Part shown: piece by piece, positions 51,059-61,556 of the stretch
Layout: each line of letters begins with the position of its first letter
Position numbering within the stretch: the stretch's first letter is position 1
Assembly (NCBI GenBank): GCA_000934665.2
Contig: KZ538741.1
Span: forward strand, 1-61,556
Source: Catajapyx aquilonaris
Taxonomy: Eukaryota
Reading direction: 5' to 3'
DNA: 61,556 nt
Made by a program: the position numbers and the translations under genes
The notes under the pieces: model-generated
What the model saw: only the letters and a program-made list of their open reading frames with translations
Database searches by the model: none
What the model was told of the DNA's origin: nothing

Positions 51059-54000
51059 GTATTATTTTAAAAGAAAAATAAAATAATAAATTTTGGGAGT
51101 GGGGGGAAAGTACACGGGACGCAACCAAATGGAGGGGATGAACTCATTGCAGTGGAACTAAAAATAGAGGGAATGGACAGAAAGGAAAGGACTTGTTATT
51201 GATTGCACCATTGCAGTGTGATGAAATTCATGGTTGGACTTGCAGGAAATTGGGGAGTCATGACTTGTAATGCAGAGTGGAGCGTGGGGAAAACACTGGA
51301 GAATAATAATAGAAAAGAATCAGCTGGATGCCAATAGGAAGAAGTCACGAGCTGGTCTAAAAATGGGACATACTATAGAATGGATGACACTTTCCGTTCT
51401 ATTGATCCCATATCTGAAAAGCTGATGATGATAAAATAGGATGCAGCAAGATTTGGTTCGTCTTTCTTGAGACCTGAAAAATGGCATATGTTCATTACAT
51501 GGCTTCCTTTGAATTGCACGAGCGTACGTGAGAAATTGGCCCATTCAACGTGGTTCTAATTTTGTGCCCATTTCGTTTTGTTTTGCAGTGAAGAGCAGAT
51601 ACTCAACCATGACGCTGAATATGAGAATTTCTACGCATCGTTTGCTGCCCTGGCGGCAGACTACATCAGTGCCAATGCAAGCAACAGTAAGTAGTTTTGG
51701 CGCAACTCACAGTTTGCTAACATCATGCGTTAATTGCCATGTTCTCTCTTGCAGTACCAAAGAACCAGATGGGGACGGTGTGCCAGGCATGCAAGGTCCT
51801 CATCCAGTACTTTCTCCAGCTGTTTCGCCAGCCTGGAGACAGACTACCATTGGCAGCCAAGCAGCTGCTGCATCCGTTGAAAGCCCTGACAAAGGGGGCA
51901 GGGTTTCTGCCAAAGGCTGATCAGATTACGCTCACGGCACTCATGAAGAATGCCAAGCTGCCTCCGCACATCAAGACTGGACAGTCGAGTTAGTAACATA
52001 GAAATTTATAACGGGAGGGTGTCTGTAATTCTCTTCACTCATTCACGCATTTGGTGGTTACTGACTGAACTTGTTTTAGCTCCAGGTGAGAAGGAGCAGG
52101 TGTCGAAGGAACCAAAACGGCCCCGTCTGGAGCAAGGTACGACTGCCATCATGGAGTACTTGAAGACCGTAATCCATGACTCAGGAAGCTCCCAGCGAAG
52201 CGTCAGCCGTGGGAAAGATGCCAGAGACTCCGAGAACAACTCGGGCAGTAATATTACTGCAGATGCAGTTGAATCCAAGAATTTATTTGTAGCGAAGAAT
52301 ACAGCGACTCTGCAGGTCCTCAATGCAGGGGACGTCCTGCTTGACATGTGTCCAAACCTCCCACACCTTGGGAGGTATATTCAGAAGTGTAGAGACATAT
52401 TCACCGAAAAAGATTTCAGTCTTCCAGCGACACAGGCTGAAGCTCTGAACCTCAGACAAAAGTAAGCATTTTATAAACCATGAAACCATTGTTTTATTGA
52501 TTATGAGAGAAGTACGTAACAAAATTGATATTTTCTGCTCCTCAGTCTACAAGGACTGATGAATGACATCATCATAGTGTACCGAGCCTTGACCCTGCCT
52601 ATTCTGGAGCCTCTGACTTCAATCCGCCTCAAGAAGCTGAATGCTATTGTCCTGAGTTGCTTGCATGCGGCAGTCAACGTTGCCACTGCCACTAGCATAT
52701 TGGGAACAGCTACCCCGATAGCTGCCAAGAGTGGTGTGGCCGCAGCAGCAGCAGGAGGTGGGGGCACTGGTGGGACTGGGGGAGGAGGAAGCCCTCGGGA
52801 TGAAGAACTGGATAATTATGCCGTTACCATTGTGGAGAGGTCTCTTCTACTCTTCAACATGGTCACCGACAGCATTCGGAGCTCTACCAGAGCAGGAGGA
52901 CATGTGAGTATATATTTTATTGGGTTAACGGTGTGATTTTACCAAATTCGGCTGTTAATGGTTTGCTGGCTGTACTGCAGTGTCCAATTTTAAGTAAGTG
53001 TGTAAGTGCAAATGCTGAACTGCATTAAAATATATTTCCTTTGTTACATTTTTGAAGCTTGGTTTCTCCCAGTGATTTAACACATTTTGATTGCGCAGGT
53101 GTTGCAAAATGTGTTGCTGTTTGCGACTTGGATGCTACTGAACGGCCTCCAAGCGCAGTTGACTGCTTCCAGTGCTGTGGCATCCGACAAGACCAAAGAA
53201 GATAAAGGGAAGTCCCCAAGCAAAGCCAGGGAAGGCACAGGAAGGATCAACCTCATGAAAGTGTATGTCATAAATCATTTTCAATTAATTGGTTTAGGGA
53301 TTATACCAATTTAAAAGGAAGTTCACCTAGTACAAAAGCGGATCCTTGTCACAATTACATTGATGTTAGGGTTGTAAAAGTGTTATGGTATTCATATTTG
53401 ATGAATATTACACAGTACTCTACATGCTGAAATTACATGTGCGGCATTTTACGTAGGATGAACACTTGAACAGCAACTGTGTACATGTCATTATATCATT
53501 CAATCATAACACTCTGTCTCACTTCACAGTCAGCAGGGCTTCAGTGTCCTGTCCGTGGCTCTGGCTCTGCAGGCCCTCCAGCTGATGGGGAACTTGTTTG
53601 AGGACTTGAAGGCCGAGACTGGAACAGACAGCTCTGAGCAGTGGGACTACCCACGCAAGATGGATGTCCTTGGGTGGTACAGCGCCATGCAGAGGGTGCA
53701 CAAGCTTCTTAGATCCGTGCCCCTCAACCAGCTGCTCTTCTACCTTGCTACTATCAGTTATCGGAAGGTTTGTTGCAAATTTTTTGAGGTGATTTGGGGC
53801 TAGTCTTTCTAATTCAATGCTGATTACCACACATTACTACTTGTTGAAGAATATTAAGAGCACTTCCACGGTGATGGCCACTGGTATAATTTGGTGTATG
53901 TTCTGGAACATGATGTTTAATCAAAAGTAATTGAAAAAGCATGTACTTAAAATGTGGCCAATTCTTTGAGCACTTCAGGGTGCAACTGTAAAGGTGCGTT

Positions 54001-57000
54001 TACATGAGAGCGATATGAAGAGCGAAGTCTTCTCCGAGGCTGAGTAACCCAAGTAACTAATATTGTTTGAAGCGAAAATCGATTGTTAATTTCAGCCTTG
54101 GCGAAGCTTTTGCTCCACTTCGCTCATCAAATGACTCACATGTAAAAGCAGCTTTATGTGAACAATTTTATGAACATTTTATTCCATATCACACTGTAGA
54201 ATTGTAGATAATTATCACTTTTGTAACTCAGTGCAGTCATTAGTTGTGCTTGGTCATAAGAATTCCTAATCACATTTGTTTTGCAGTGTGATAGTGTAAC
54301 CATCGGAAATTTCAAATTCTAACTGATTTTATAAAATCTTTCAGGCATGTAACCTGAAGCGCATCCAGAAGCACCTTCCGGAAGGCGATACCTTCAGTAC
54401 CTCAGACTCCACAACCTATTACGAGGATGACTTTAGTTGTTCTGACGAGACCTCAGGGGAAGATGGTGAGTCCATTCGCACTTCATTTATTGGTAGCCAG
54501 ATGGGAACATTATTACTTCATTGAACTGCTGTGGTTGTAGATGACGACAGTGAACCCATACTGGGCCAGTGGTTTGAAGAGACCCTGGCTCCCCGGGACA
54601 CCACTTCCACACCACCGCTTTCCTCCCAGACTGGTTCAGACTCGCAGAATGCCGAGTCACAGTCGCCTCAGAGGGACAGTGTGGATCTGGGGAGCATTGT
54701 GCCGGAGAAGGATGAACCACATGGTGTAAGTTGCAACCTTGACAAAACATGTGAAATAGATTCTTCTCGTGTATGCAGATGCACACATATTTCAGAGGGG
54801 TGTGCTGGACACTCATGATCAAGATTTCTTTTCCATTTCCTTTCCAGTACATCAACCTGGCTACTCAGATCTTCCAGTTTATGAACAATCACCTGATTAA
54901 CAATGAGTGCTCATATGTGGAGGAGTACGTGAAGGTGAGCCTGAATGAGCAACAGATGATGATACTGGCAGCCATCATCCGTGACCTAGACCGTGAGACT
55001 GCAAGGACTGAGACAGGTCAGTTGATGTTTTTATACAGTTCTGGTGAATGTGCCAAAAGCATTTTTATTGTCGTCATGGAACTCTAGTCCAATTTTGATA
55101 TGTGACAGCAGAAAATTCAGTACAATTGAAATAATGTGCATTGCTTGCTGTGAGTTTATTTCTTGCTGTTTCTTATGCAATGTGATGCTTTCCAGGAACA
55201 ATAGCAGTCTACTTTGGGCCAACACTAGGCACAATGTACTCGGACTTCTCTCAGTCGCTGGCACGCTACACCCACAACCTCCTTGCTGGGGGGATGCTGA
55301 GTGAAGCCTTGCAGAATACCCTCTTGTCACAGCTAGGAGTCAAGCCTTGGGGTAACCAAGTGGAGTGGCCCTTGCAGGTGTACCCACGTACCCTTGCGGC
55401 CCTGGCTCAGGTAACGTTTTACGTGCCTCTTTTTTGGTTTTATATACTGTACAAGTCATCAGAATTTTACATATGTTTATTCTTAGGAGCGTCTACCTTT
55501 CTAAAAGTAATGTGCTTCCATTTCAGATCCTCCTTTCGAGACCCCTCCATGAGAAGGAACCTGCCTGCATCTCGATCTGGCAGCGCCTGATAAAAACCCT
55601 GACTGATTACATTTTCAACCCGCCAAACAATTCGGAGGTGGAGAATGAGGACCTCAATGTGGAGCATGCCCAGCTGCTGCTTTTCCTCTTCCACTCACTC
55701 CACCTCATGCAAAAGAAATCTGTCCTGCTGCTGGCGGCCAACAGCATCATCGAGTCCAGCGCAGTTACCAAGACACCCATGCAAGATGCTCAGATGCTGC
55801 ACCTCTCGCGTCTCTTGTTGCTGTTCGAGTATCTCATGCGACACTTGTATGATGCACCTCCGGTTGTTATTGAACAGGTACCAGCTGTGCATTGACCCTG
55901 GTGTTTCATTGTTTCACTTGGTTTTACGCATCTTTCCTTGTAATACTAGGTCCAGTGGAATTTGTTTGGAATGTCAAGTGGTAGCTCAAGCTCCAATGAC
56001 ATCGGTGGTGGCAGCAACAAGGAGGCATCTTCCTCACAGTCAGCAACCCGGATCTACTGTCCGTGCAAGAAGCTGGAGGACAGCTATCGGAAGCATGCAG
56101 CCCAAAATGACGTGCTGATGAGGCCGAGGTTTTACAACCTTACCAGCATGGACTTTAACAACCAGGACACCCCCAAGCTGGACGGACTGGCGTGCAGCTT
56201 CGTCCTAGGCACTTCTGAGAAACTGAAGTATCCGCAGCTCTATGACGCCCTCATTCAGATTCTAACTGTTGGCGGACAGTGTGACATGCAGAGGAACAGG
56301 GAAAAACCCAGTTTCTTGGGACTGTGCGCAATGCAGTACTGCTTCAACATTGCTTGGAGGTGAGTGTGTTCATTTTAACTAGGCAGTCACAAAGCAAAGG
56401 AGTGCAAGTGGTTGAGAAATTTGTACTGTTTCAGACTTTTGCTGTCTCTTGCTCCGTCCACTCCGTACTTGGATCGCCTGGCCACTGGGGAGGGAGACTT
56501 GGAGCCTCCAGTTCTCCTGCACTCCCTGATATGGGGGCCCAGGACTGGTCACAAGACCTTCAGTGGCTGGATGAAGGTACATTCTTCGAGTTCTCAGTTT
56601 TTAGAGTTTGATGCTTATGTTACGGACCATTTTTAGGATGCCCTTGTGAAGCAAGGAATGTACACCCAATATGCTGAGAACCTGGTGAAAAATGTGACTA
56701 AGGCAGTGGACAACCTGCAGTATGACGTCAAGACCTTCCAGAACTGCGTGTCATCTATCAAGTCAGCTGGATACTTCTGCCAAACAAGTAAGTTTTTTTG
56801 ACATTGTTCTTGACCAGTTGATGTTGAAATGAGGCGGTGTTGCGCATTTTGGGAACCATTAATTATTGTGCAGTTTTGTAACAGCCAAGTTGTTTTTCTT
56901 GATTCCTCAGGTGGACTGGTGTCAGCGCAGAACCTTCCCCGGCTCTCTGATATCTACCTGTTGGATTCTGTGATCGGCAAAGTGCAGGTTACCCTTGACA

Positions 57001-60000
57001 CCCAAATGTCAAAATCAGTCGCTGAGTCAGACATCCTTGCCAAGTAAGTGTGGTTGCATAGGTGTGGTTTAATTCAGAAGTGGGGCATTTGTAAGGGTGC
57101 ATCATAGTCAATAATTAATTCATAGCCCCGTTTTATCTGAAAACAGGAGCGAAAAGTTGTGTCAGGAAGGCAGTCAGGGCCCAGAGGCGTCTGAGCTAGT
57201 CCAGAGTTTGCTGACCCAGGTGCTGGACCTTATCGAAGCCACAGTGCAGAGTGTTAGGTGAGGAACTCAGTTTGCATACTGATTTGGTTTATTGTTGCAG
57301 CTACAATATTTATTGCTGATTTTGTTTCCGTTTAGGTCAAATCTTTTGTACCAGATGAATGAAGGTGCTGATCCTCCTGGGAAATACAGCCTGCAGGACA
57401 TGGAGTCGTTCCAGGAGGTGCTGATGATTGCCTCCAGTCGGTGCAGCAAGACAAGCAGCCTAGCCTCGGCTATCACAGGGTGCTTGCCAACTGTCCTGCG
57501 ATCCACTTTGGAAAACTGGAACTCGGATGGACTCTCAGAGTTTCCCGGAATTGCTGCTTGGGTACGTGGCTCGGTGTTAAAATATTAGGCTGAAGTGGTA
57601 ACTTGAATTGTTCCGTTTTGCAGAGAAATACATATGGAGCAGATATAATTCCAGCGGAGAGTTACATACTGGGGATACTAAATGGACATCTGACGTCAGT
57701 GGTGGGCGATGCCAAATACACAGTCAATGCGTCCCTCAAGAGCTTGTTGAGGAACCTGGTCAGATTTGCTGAAGAGCTTCTCACCTGGTGTCCAGACCAC
57801 AACTCAGAGCAGGCAAAGCAAGCCACTCGGGTTTTGTTTCCCATTGTCCTGGACATGAACACTGAGTTTGTGGCTGACTTCACAATCTTGACCTTGGAGA
57901 GGCTGGTGGGAAATGCAGATAGCGATGAGTTCCAGTGTAAGATATACTATCACGTGTTGGAGCACAGCTACAGCCTACTCACCAAGCATGCTCCTGCCGA
58001 GAGGTAAAGTTTCACACATCATTGTTTCTTGTACCGAGATAAAAACTGGGTTTTTTTGTGGCAGTGCAATGGATGAGAAGATCCTCCAGGAGTGCCTGAT
58101 CTTCATGGAGGGTTTGCTGGACAAACCGGCTGGGAAGCAGGCACTGGAGACCTTCTTCACTGAGGATCCAGAGAGGGACTTGATACAAGTTCTGCTGTCA
58201 GTGGCCTCCCCTGGATTCTCTCCTGCATTTGGGACACACGTGCTCAAGTTCTTTAACAAACTCTTCCAGACAGGTGGGTGTCTGACGAAGTGCGTGTTTT
58301 ACTGATTTCACGTGGCTACCTTGTTGACTGAGCCATTCTTAAGCATAAGTGCTTAGTGATCCTGAAGATGTGTAATCATATGTGGTGTTTTGCCTGGTTT
58401 CTTCAGCTGAGAAGAGTCCAGAGGAACACAGCCTGACGCAACTATGTGGCCTGCTGTCTCGGCTGAGGCAGATTGATCCGGCATGGCTTCAAGGGTGGCT
58501 CCGACACCTTGTCCTTGGTCCCACCCCAGCTCCACCAGGTGCTGCTCCCCTCCTTCCCCCCGTTCAAGCTGTCTCCGCACCACCCACTAGTGCTACCACT
58601 ACTATTACCTCTACTACTACTACTACAACCGCCACCACCACCACTGCAAATTCCAATGGCAGCACTCCCCCAACAGGCCCACAGCCCCCAACTGCAGAAG
58701 AGGTGTCAATATTGCAAGAAAACAGGCTTCTCCTTCAAGGCCTGACCCAGTCCATAGTGAAGGAGAGTAGCAATGTTCGGGAGGAGGTGGCCAACACCAT
58801 CCTCAAGGCCCTCATCCCCATGGGCTCGCAGATCCTTTCTCCGGCGAAGGAGGGGATTGGGTTTGCGGAGCTAATGGTGGTCATGGCGACGTTGGCCGGG
58901 GCAAGGAGTGGGAATGGACACGTTCAACTTTTCAAGGCTGCCGTGGAGTGGCTTGAGTTGTGGTGAGTTTTTAATCTAATTGTTATACTGTGGACCAGTA
59001 CAAATATCAGCTGAAAACATGTGTGAAAATTTCACAGCAAGGATCACCTGACACACAAGGATGTCCTGGAGAAGATGGAAGGTGGCAGCTCTTCTTCCTT
59101 GGGGAAGTACCAGACCATGCTGGAGTCGGTCTGCTTCATCCTCAACTACACCTGTGATGTGGTGTGTGCTCTTAAGCTTGGAGCTGCAGGTGATAAATGG
59201 GGAGGTGCCGGTTATCCAGTGGGATCTGCCTGGGGAGGAGGTGCATCATCGCCTCCGCCTGGAGATGGAGAGGCCCTGCATGATGCTGATTCTGATTGGA
59301 TCGAAGAGATGGGAGGTGTGGAGGAGGAGGAAAGTGCTGGAGAAGACTCGGACGAGGACAGCCTCTGCAACAAGCTGTGCACTTTCACGGTCACTCAGAA
59401 GGAGTTTATGAACCAGCACTGGTAAGATAATTCGTAAGCGTTCGTAGAGTGGAATAAATTTAGAAACGCAAGTGAACTTTCAGTGTAAATATCAGCGAAG
59501 CATTAATTTTTAGTCAATATTCATGCTCCTTCTTTTATAAGTCTGGCATGCAATTAATTTTTGCCTTTGCAATGTGATATGTCAATACCTGAATTTTGAC
59601 TGGTCATTTAATATTGCTGTTGCAATGCCGTAATGATGTTATTGCTTAGTTTCAGCTTATGACTGGTAAACTCATGTTCTGGTTTTGGTTCTAGGTACCA
59701 CTGTCATACCTGCAAAATGGTGGATGGGATTGGAGTGTGCACTGTGTGCGCCAAGGTGTGCCACAGAGGGCATGACGTCACTTATGCCAAGTTTGGGAGC
59801 TTCTTCTGCGATTGTGGGGCCAAGGAGGACGGAAGCTGCCAGGCACTTGTCAAGAGGAGTCCCCAGCCAGCCGAGGCAGCTGGAACCACTAATGCTGGAC
59901 CTAACTCAGCACCAACAGCGTTTGGAGCCGATACCTTGCTCCCTTCACTATTGAGGCGTCGGGTGTCATCACCGCCAACTTCAGACGCAAGAGACAAGGG

Positions 60001-61320
60001 GAAGGAAGATGCTCTGAAGCACAGGCAGGGCATGTCCAAACAGCTGGGTGAGTTTTTGACAGACTTGTTGGGAAGCAGTTTTTCTGTCCCTGACAAGTTT
60101 GCAGTTCTTTCTTTCATGCGAGCCAGTGTAACTGCAACTGGTTGTATGAAATAAAAAGCTTGGAATACTGTTTTGTTGTGTGCTATTACTGATAATTATT
60201 ACTTAAGCCATTTTCTGCTTTTTAGAACCATTCAGAGAGGTGCTGTCGTCTCTAGTCAGTGGAAGCAGTGTGATTCCAACACTTCTGGACCTTATCCAGT
60301 CACTCATGCCTGCTGTGGAGGCCTCATGTCACCAACACTCTCCCATAGGCTCCCATCGCAGAGCCCAGGATGCTCTTAGGAAACTTCACAATGAGCTCAA
60401 GGCGTGTGAAGCTACAGACAGTCTCATGGTCAGTACATCAAGCAGAGGTCAACTGTGATACCTACAGATAGGAGCTGAGAATTAGGAAATGTCATGATGG
60501 CTGTATCTGACATTACATTTAAGTTATATGTAGGGGAAAAGTGGTTTACCCTAATTTTAAATTTCCTCCAACCTCCCCCTGAAACTAAAATTGCTCACTC
60601 ACTCCCATGCTTAAAGGTGAAGTAACAGGAGTCAGAGTGAAATGAGCATTCATGCAATATTTATGGCCACAAACGTGAGCTTCGTTCTGGAACAGAATGT
60701 AGCTCATTGATGTGGTATTGCTTAGAATGAGAAACTCATTGGGGCATCCCTTCACTGAATATGACGAAACAGTGCCTTTCAGCAGTTTTCACAAATGTAA
60801 TGATTTCCATGCCTTTTTCAGGTCCCAACACTGGGTTCTCAAGAGGGCGCCTTTGAAAATGTGCGCATGAACTACTCTGGTGACCAAGGGCAAACCATTC
60901 GCCAGCTTATATCTGCTCAGCTGATCCGCAGGGTGGCCATGTGCTGCCTCACTTCACCATATGGAAAGCGACAGCATCTAGGTACAGTGGATGGCTCCTT
61001 CAGTAATTCTTCCCAGACTTTCCCTGCAGTATTGGGGTAGAAATCCTTCATGACGTGACTGAGCATTAGTGCACTTAGACATCCCAGAATATGGAAGTTA
61101 TCATTGAAAAGAGTGTGACATTGTGCTTATTTTTACAGCTGTGTCGCATGAAAAAGGCAAGATTACAGTTCTGCAGCTGAGTGCGCTTCTGAAGCAGACG
61201 GACTCATCCAAGAGGAAGCTTACCCTTACCCGATTATCTACAGCCCCCGTGCCATTCACGGTTGTTTCTATTACCAACAACATCTGGAATGAGGATGTCC
61301 TGGCAGTGTGTGGACTTAAG
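50940..61320 (+). CDS. UBR4: E3 ubiquitin-protein ligase UBR4 / purity of essence (poe, pushover); 5' part, 26 coding exons, 3'-truncated by window end
   Basis: ATG at 50940 in gccATG context. 25 GT-AG introns join the exons into one frame (6234 nt, 2078 aa) with every phase consistent. Contains the UBR box ([63 protein letters not shown]) and UBR4 signature motifs [60 protein letters not shown] and [17 protein letters not shown]. Confidence 0.97.
51589..51686 (+). CDS. UBR4: UBR4 exon 2 ([33 protein letters not shown])
   Basis: ttttgcag acceptor, GTAAGT donor, phases 2/1. Confidence 0.92.
51755..51988 (+). CDS. UBR4: UBR4 exon 3 (IPKNQMGTV...PPHIKTGQS)
   Basis: ctcttgcag acceptor, GTTAGT donor, phases 1/1. 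Confidence 0.9.
52080..52461 (+). CDS. UBR4: UBR4 exon 4 (TPGEKEQV...EALNLRQ)
   Basis: ttgttttag acceptor (an in-frame alternative AG lies 6 nt downstream), GTAAGC donor, phases 1/2. Confidence 0.88.
52546..52903 (+). CDS. UBR4: UBR4 exon 5 ([10 protein letters not shown]...STRAGGH)
   Basis: ctcctcag acceptor, GTGAGT donor, phases 2/0; [10 protein letters not shown] and STRAGGH motifs. Confidence 0.93.
53099..53262 (+). CDS. UBR4: UBR4 exon 6 ([11 protein letters not shown]...RINLMKV)
   Basis: ttgcgcag acceptor, GTATGT donor, phases 0/2. Confidence 0.9.
53530..53767 (+). CDS. UBR4: UBR4 exon 7 ([12 protein letters not shown]...LATISYRK)
   Basis: ttcacag acceptor, GTTTGT donor, phases 2/0. 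Confidence 0.92.
53992..54153. mobile_element. PIF/Harbinger-like palindromic MITE in UBR4 intron 7
   Basis: TIRs AGGTGCGTTTACATG / CATGTAAAAGCAGCT (13/15), flanked by TAA and TTA; second internal inverted pair GAGCGAAGTCTTCTCCGAGGCTGA / TCAGCCTTGGCGAAGCTTTTGCTC. Confidence 0.7.
54345..54465 (+). CDS. UBR4: UBR4 exon 8 ([10 protein letters not shown]...ETSGED)
   Basis: tctttcag acceptor, GTGAGT donor, phases 0/1; too short for the ORF track. Confidence 0.92.
54541..54725 (+). CDS. UBR4: UBR4 exon 9 ([16 protein letters not shown]...KDEPHG)
   Basis: ggttgtag acceptor, GTAAGT donor, phases 1/0. Confidence 0.93.
54848..55016 (+). CDS. UBR4: UBR4 exon 10 (YINLATQIF...[11 protein letters not shown])
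   Basis: tttccag acceptor, GTCAGT donor, phases 0/1. Confidence 0.93.
55196..55410 (+). CDS. UBR4: UBR4 exon 11 (GTIAVYFG...[15 protein letters not shown])
   Basis: ctttccag acceptor, GTAACG donor, phases 1/0. Confidence 0.93.
55527..55877 (+). CDS. UBR4: UBR4 exon 12 (ILLSRP...[11 protein letters not shown]...PPVVIEQ)
   Basis: atttcag acceptor, GTACCA donor, phases 0/0. Confidence 0.93.
55950..56359 (+). CDS. UBR4: UBR4 exon 13 (VQWNLFG...PKLDGLA...QYCFNIAWR)
   Basis: taatactag acceptor, GTGAGT donor, phases 0/2. Confidence 0.92.
56435..56576 (+). CDS. UBR4: UBR4 exon 14 (LLLSLAPS...KTFSGWMK)
   Basis: gtttcag acceptor, GTACAT donor, phases 2/0. Confidence 0.92.
56637..56787 (+). CDS. UBR4: UBR4 exon 15 ([16 protein letters not shown]...YFCQT)
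   Basis: tttttag acceptor, GTAAGT donor, phases 0/1. Confidence 0.92.
56911..57043 (+). CDS. UBR4: UBR4 exon 16 ([12 protein letters not shown]...SDILAK)
   Basis: ttcctcag acceptor, GTAAGT donor, phases 1/2. Confidence 0.92.
57147..57257 (+). CDS. UBR4: UBR4 exon 17 (SEKLCQEG...ATVQSVR)
   Basis: aaacag acceptor, GTGAGG donor, phases 2/2. Confidence 0.87.
57336..57561 (+). CDS. UBR4: UBR4 exon 18 (SNLLYQMNE...EFPGIAAW)
   Basis: cgtttag acceptor, GTACGT donor, phases 2/0. Confidence 0.92.
57624..58003 (+). CDS. UBR4: UBR4 exon 19 ([14 protein letters not shown]...KHAPAE)
   Basis: ttttgcag acceptor, GTAAAG donor, phases 0/2. Confidence 0.92.
58065..58273 (+). CDS. UBR4: UBR4 exon 20 ([12 protein letters not shown]...[11 protein letters not shown])
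   Basis: tgtggcag acceptor, GTGGGT donor, phases 2/1. Confidence 0.91.
58407..58962 (+). CDS. UBR4: UBR4 exon 21 (AEKSPEEH...[13 protein letters not shown]...WLELC)
   Basis: tcttcag acceptor, GTGAGT donor, phases 1/2. Confidence 0.93.
59038..59421 (+). CDS. UBR4: UBR4 exon 22 (KDHLTH...[26 protein letters not shown]; start of UBR box)
   Basis: ttcacag acceptor, GTAAGA donor, phases 2/2. Confidence 0.95.
59695..60047 (+). CDS. UBR4: UBR4 exon 23 (WYHCHTC...[13 protein letters not shown]...MSKQL; UBR box)
   Basis: gttctag acceptor, GTGAGT donor, phases 2/1; UBR-box Cys/His pattern. Confidence 0.96.
60226..60428 (+). CDS. UBR4: UBR4 exon 24 (EPFREVL...ATDSLM)
   Basis: ctttttag acceptor, GTCAGT donor, phases 1/0. 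Confidence 0.92.
60822..60981 (+). CDS. UBR4: UBR4 exon 25 ([32 protein letters not shown]...KRQHL)
   Basis: tttttcag acceptor, GTACAG donor, phases 0/1; strongly conserved UBR4 peptide as recalled. Confidence 0.95.
61139..61320 (+). CDS. UBR4: UBR4 exon 26 ([20 protein letters not shown]...LAVCGLK)
   Basis: ttttacag acceptor, GTTAGT donor, phases 1/0; gene continues beyond the window. Confidence 0.95.
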
Positions 61321-61556
61321 GTTAGTTACAAGATGTATCATGAGGCCCATTTTATTATGAATTGTTCTTATTTCCCGTTTCTCTTTGTGAGTTTCTTTAC
61401 AAAGGGTCTTCAGATTTAATTGGTAATTGTCAGATTGTGCACTGTAGATGAAGTATTATGCATCTTTTACATGTGAGCGATTTGATCAGCGATGTGCAGC
61501 GGATGTACAGTGCCCGACATATTGATTGAATCACTTCCCTTGCGAGCCGATTTCCA

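Noticed and set aside
51425..51477. Box C (ATGATGA) and box D (CTGA) pair in UBR4 intron 1
   Set aside because: Only 53 nt, no terminal stem and no recognisable rRNA guide. Similar shorter pairs in introns 6 and 24 fail for the same reasons; snoscan would be decisive.
1..61556. CRISPR arrays, operons, rRNA, intact tRNA, conserved arthropod miRNAs
   Set aside because: The sequence is spliced eukaryotic DNA with no repeat-spacer array, no rRNA or full cloverleaf, and no match by eye to mature miRNAs I recall. An Rfam/MirGeneDB scan is needed to exclude divergent ones.

Overview
Eukaryotic (animal, most likely arthropod) draft-assembly genomic DNA with two N-gaps and no prokaryotic features. 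The right-hand 10.4 kb (50940-61320, + strand) holds the first 26 coding exons of UBR4 (Drosophila poe/pushover), the giant N-recognin E3 ubiquitin ligase. Joining them at GT-AG boundaries gives one phase-consistent 6234-nt (2078-aa) reading frame that includes the UBR-box zinc finger; the gene runs off the window. The left 50.9 kb has no recognisable protein-coding gene. The one exception is a candidate first coding exon on the - strand (13424-13349, MIELQNMVQESTESIPPAQQPSGVT, GTGAGT donor), which has a CCAAT/GC-box cluster and a 60-aa uORF upstream and would be divergent from UBR4. The rest is a mosaic of AT-rich spacer, GC-richer patches with GA/CT microsatellites and motif clusters (Pho/YY1, homeodomain/TALE, Fox, Su(H), CRE/UPRE), and small transposon relics. 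These relics are a Gypsy RNase H fragment, pogo/Tigger-like and Harbinger-like MITEs, a GAGTG/CACTC-rich foldback family, a DINE-1/HINE-like element, a tRNA-derived SINE and an RTE 5' end. A CTCF-like motif cluster lies just upstream of UBR4. The best hypothesis is a large cis-regulatory landscape of an unidentified gene, bounded from a compact housekeeping gene. I found no evidence strong enough to claim a new biological system. All family assignments come from recalled motifs, not database searches.
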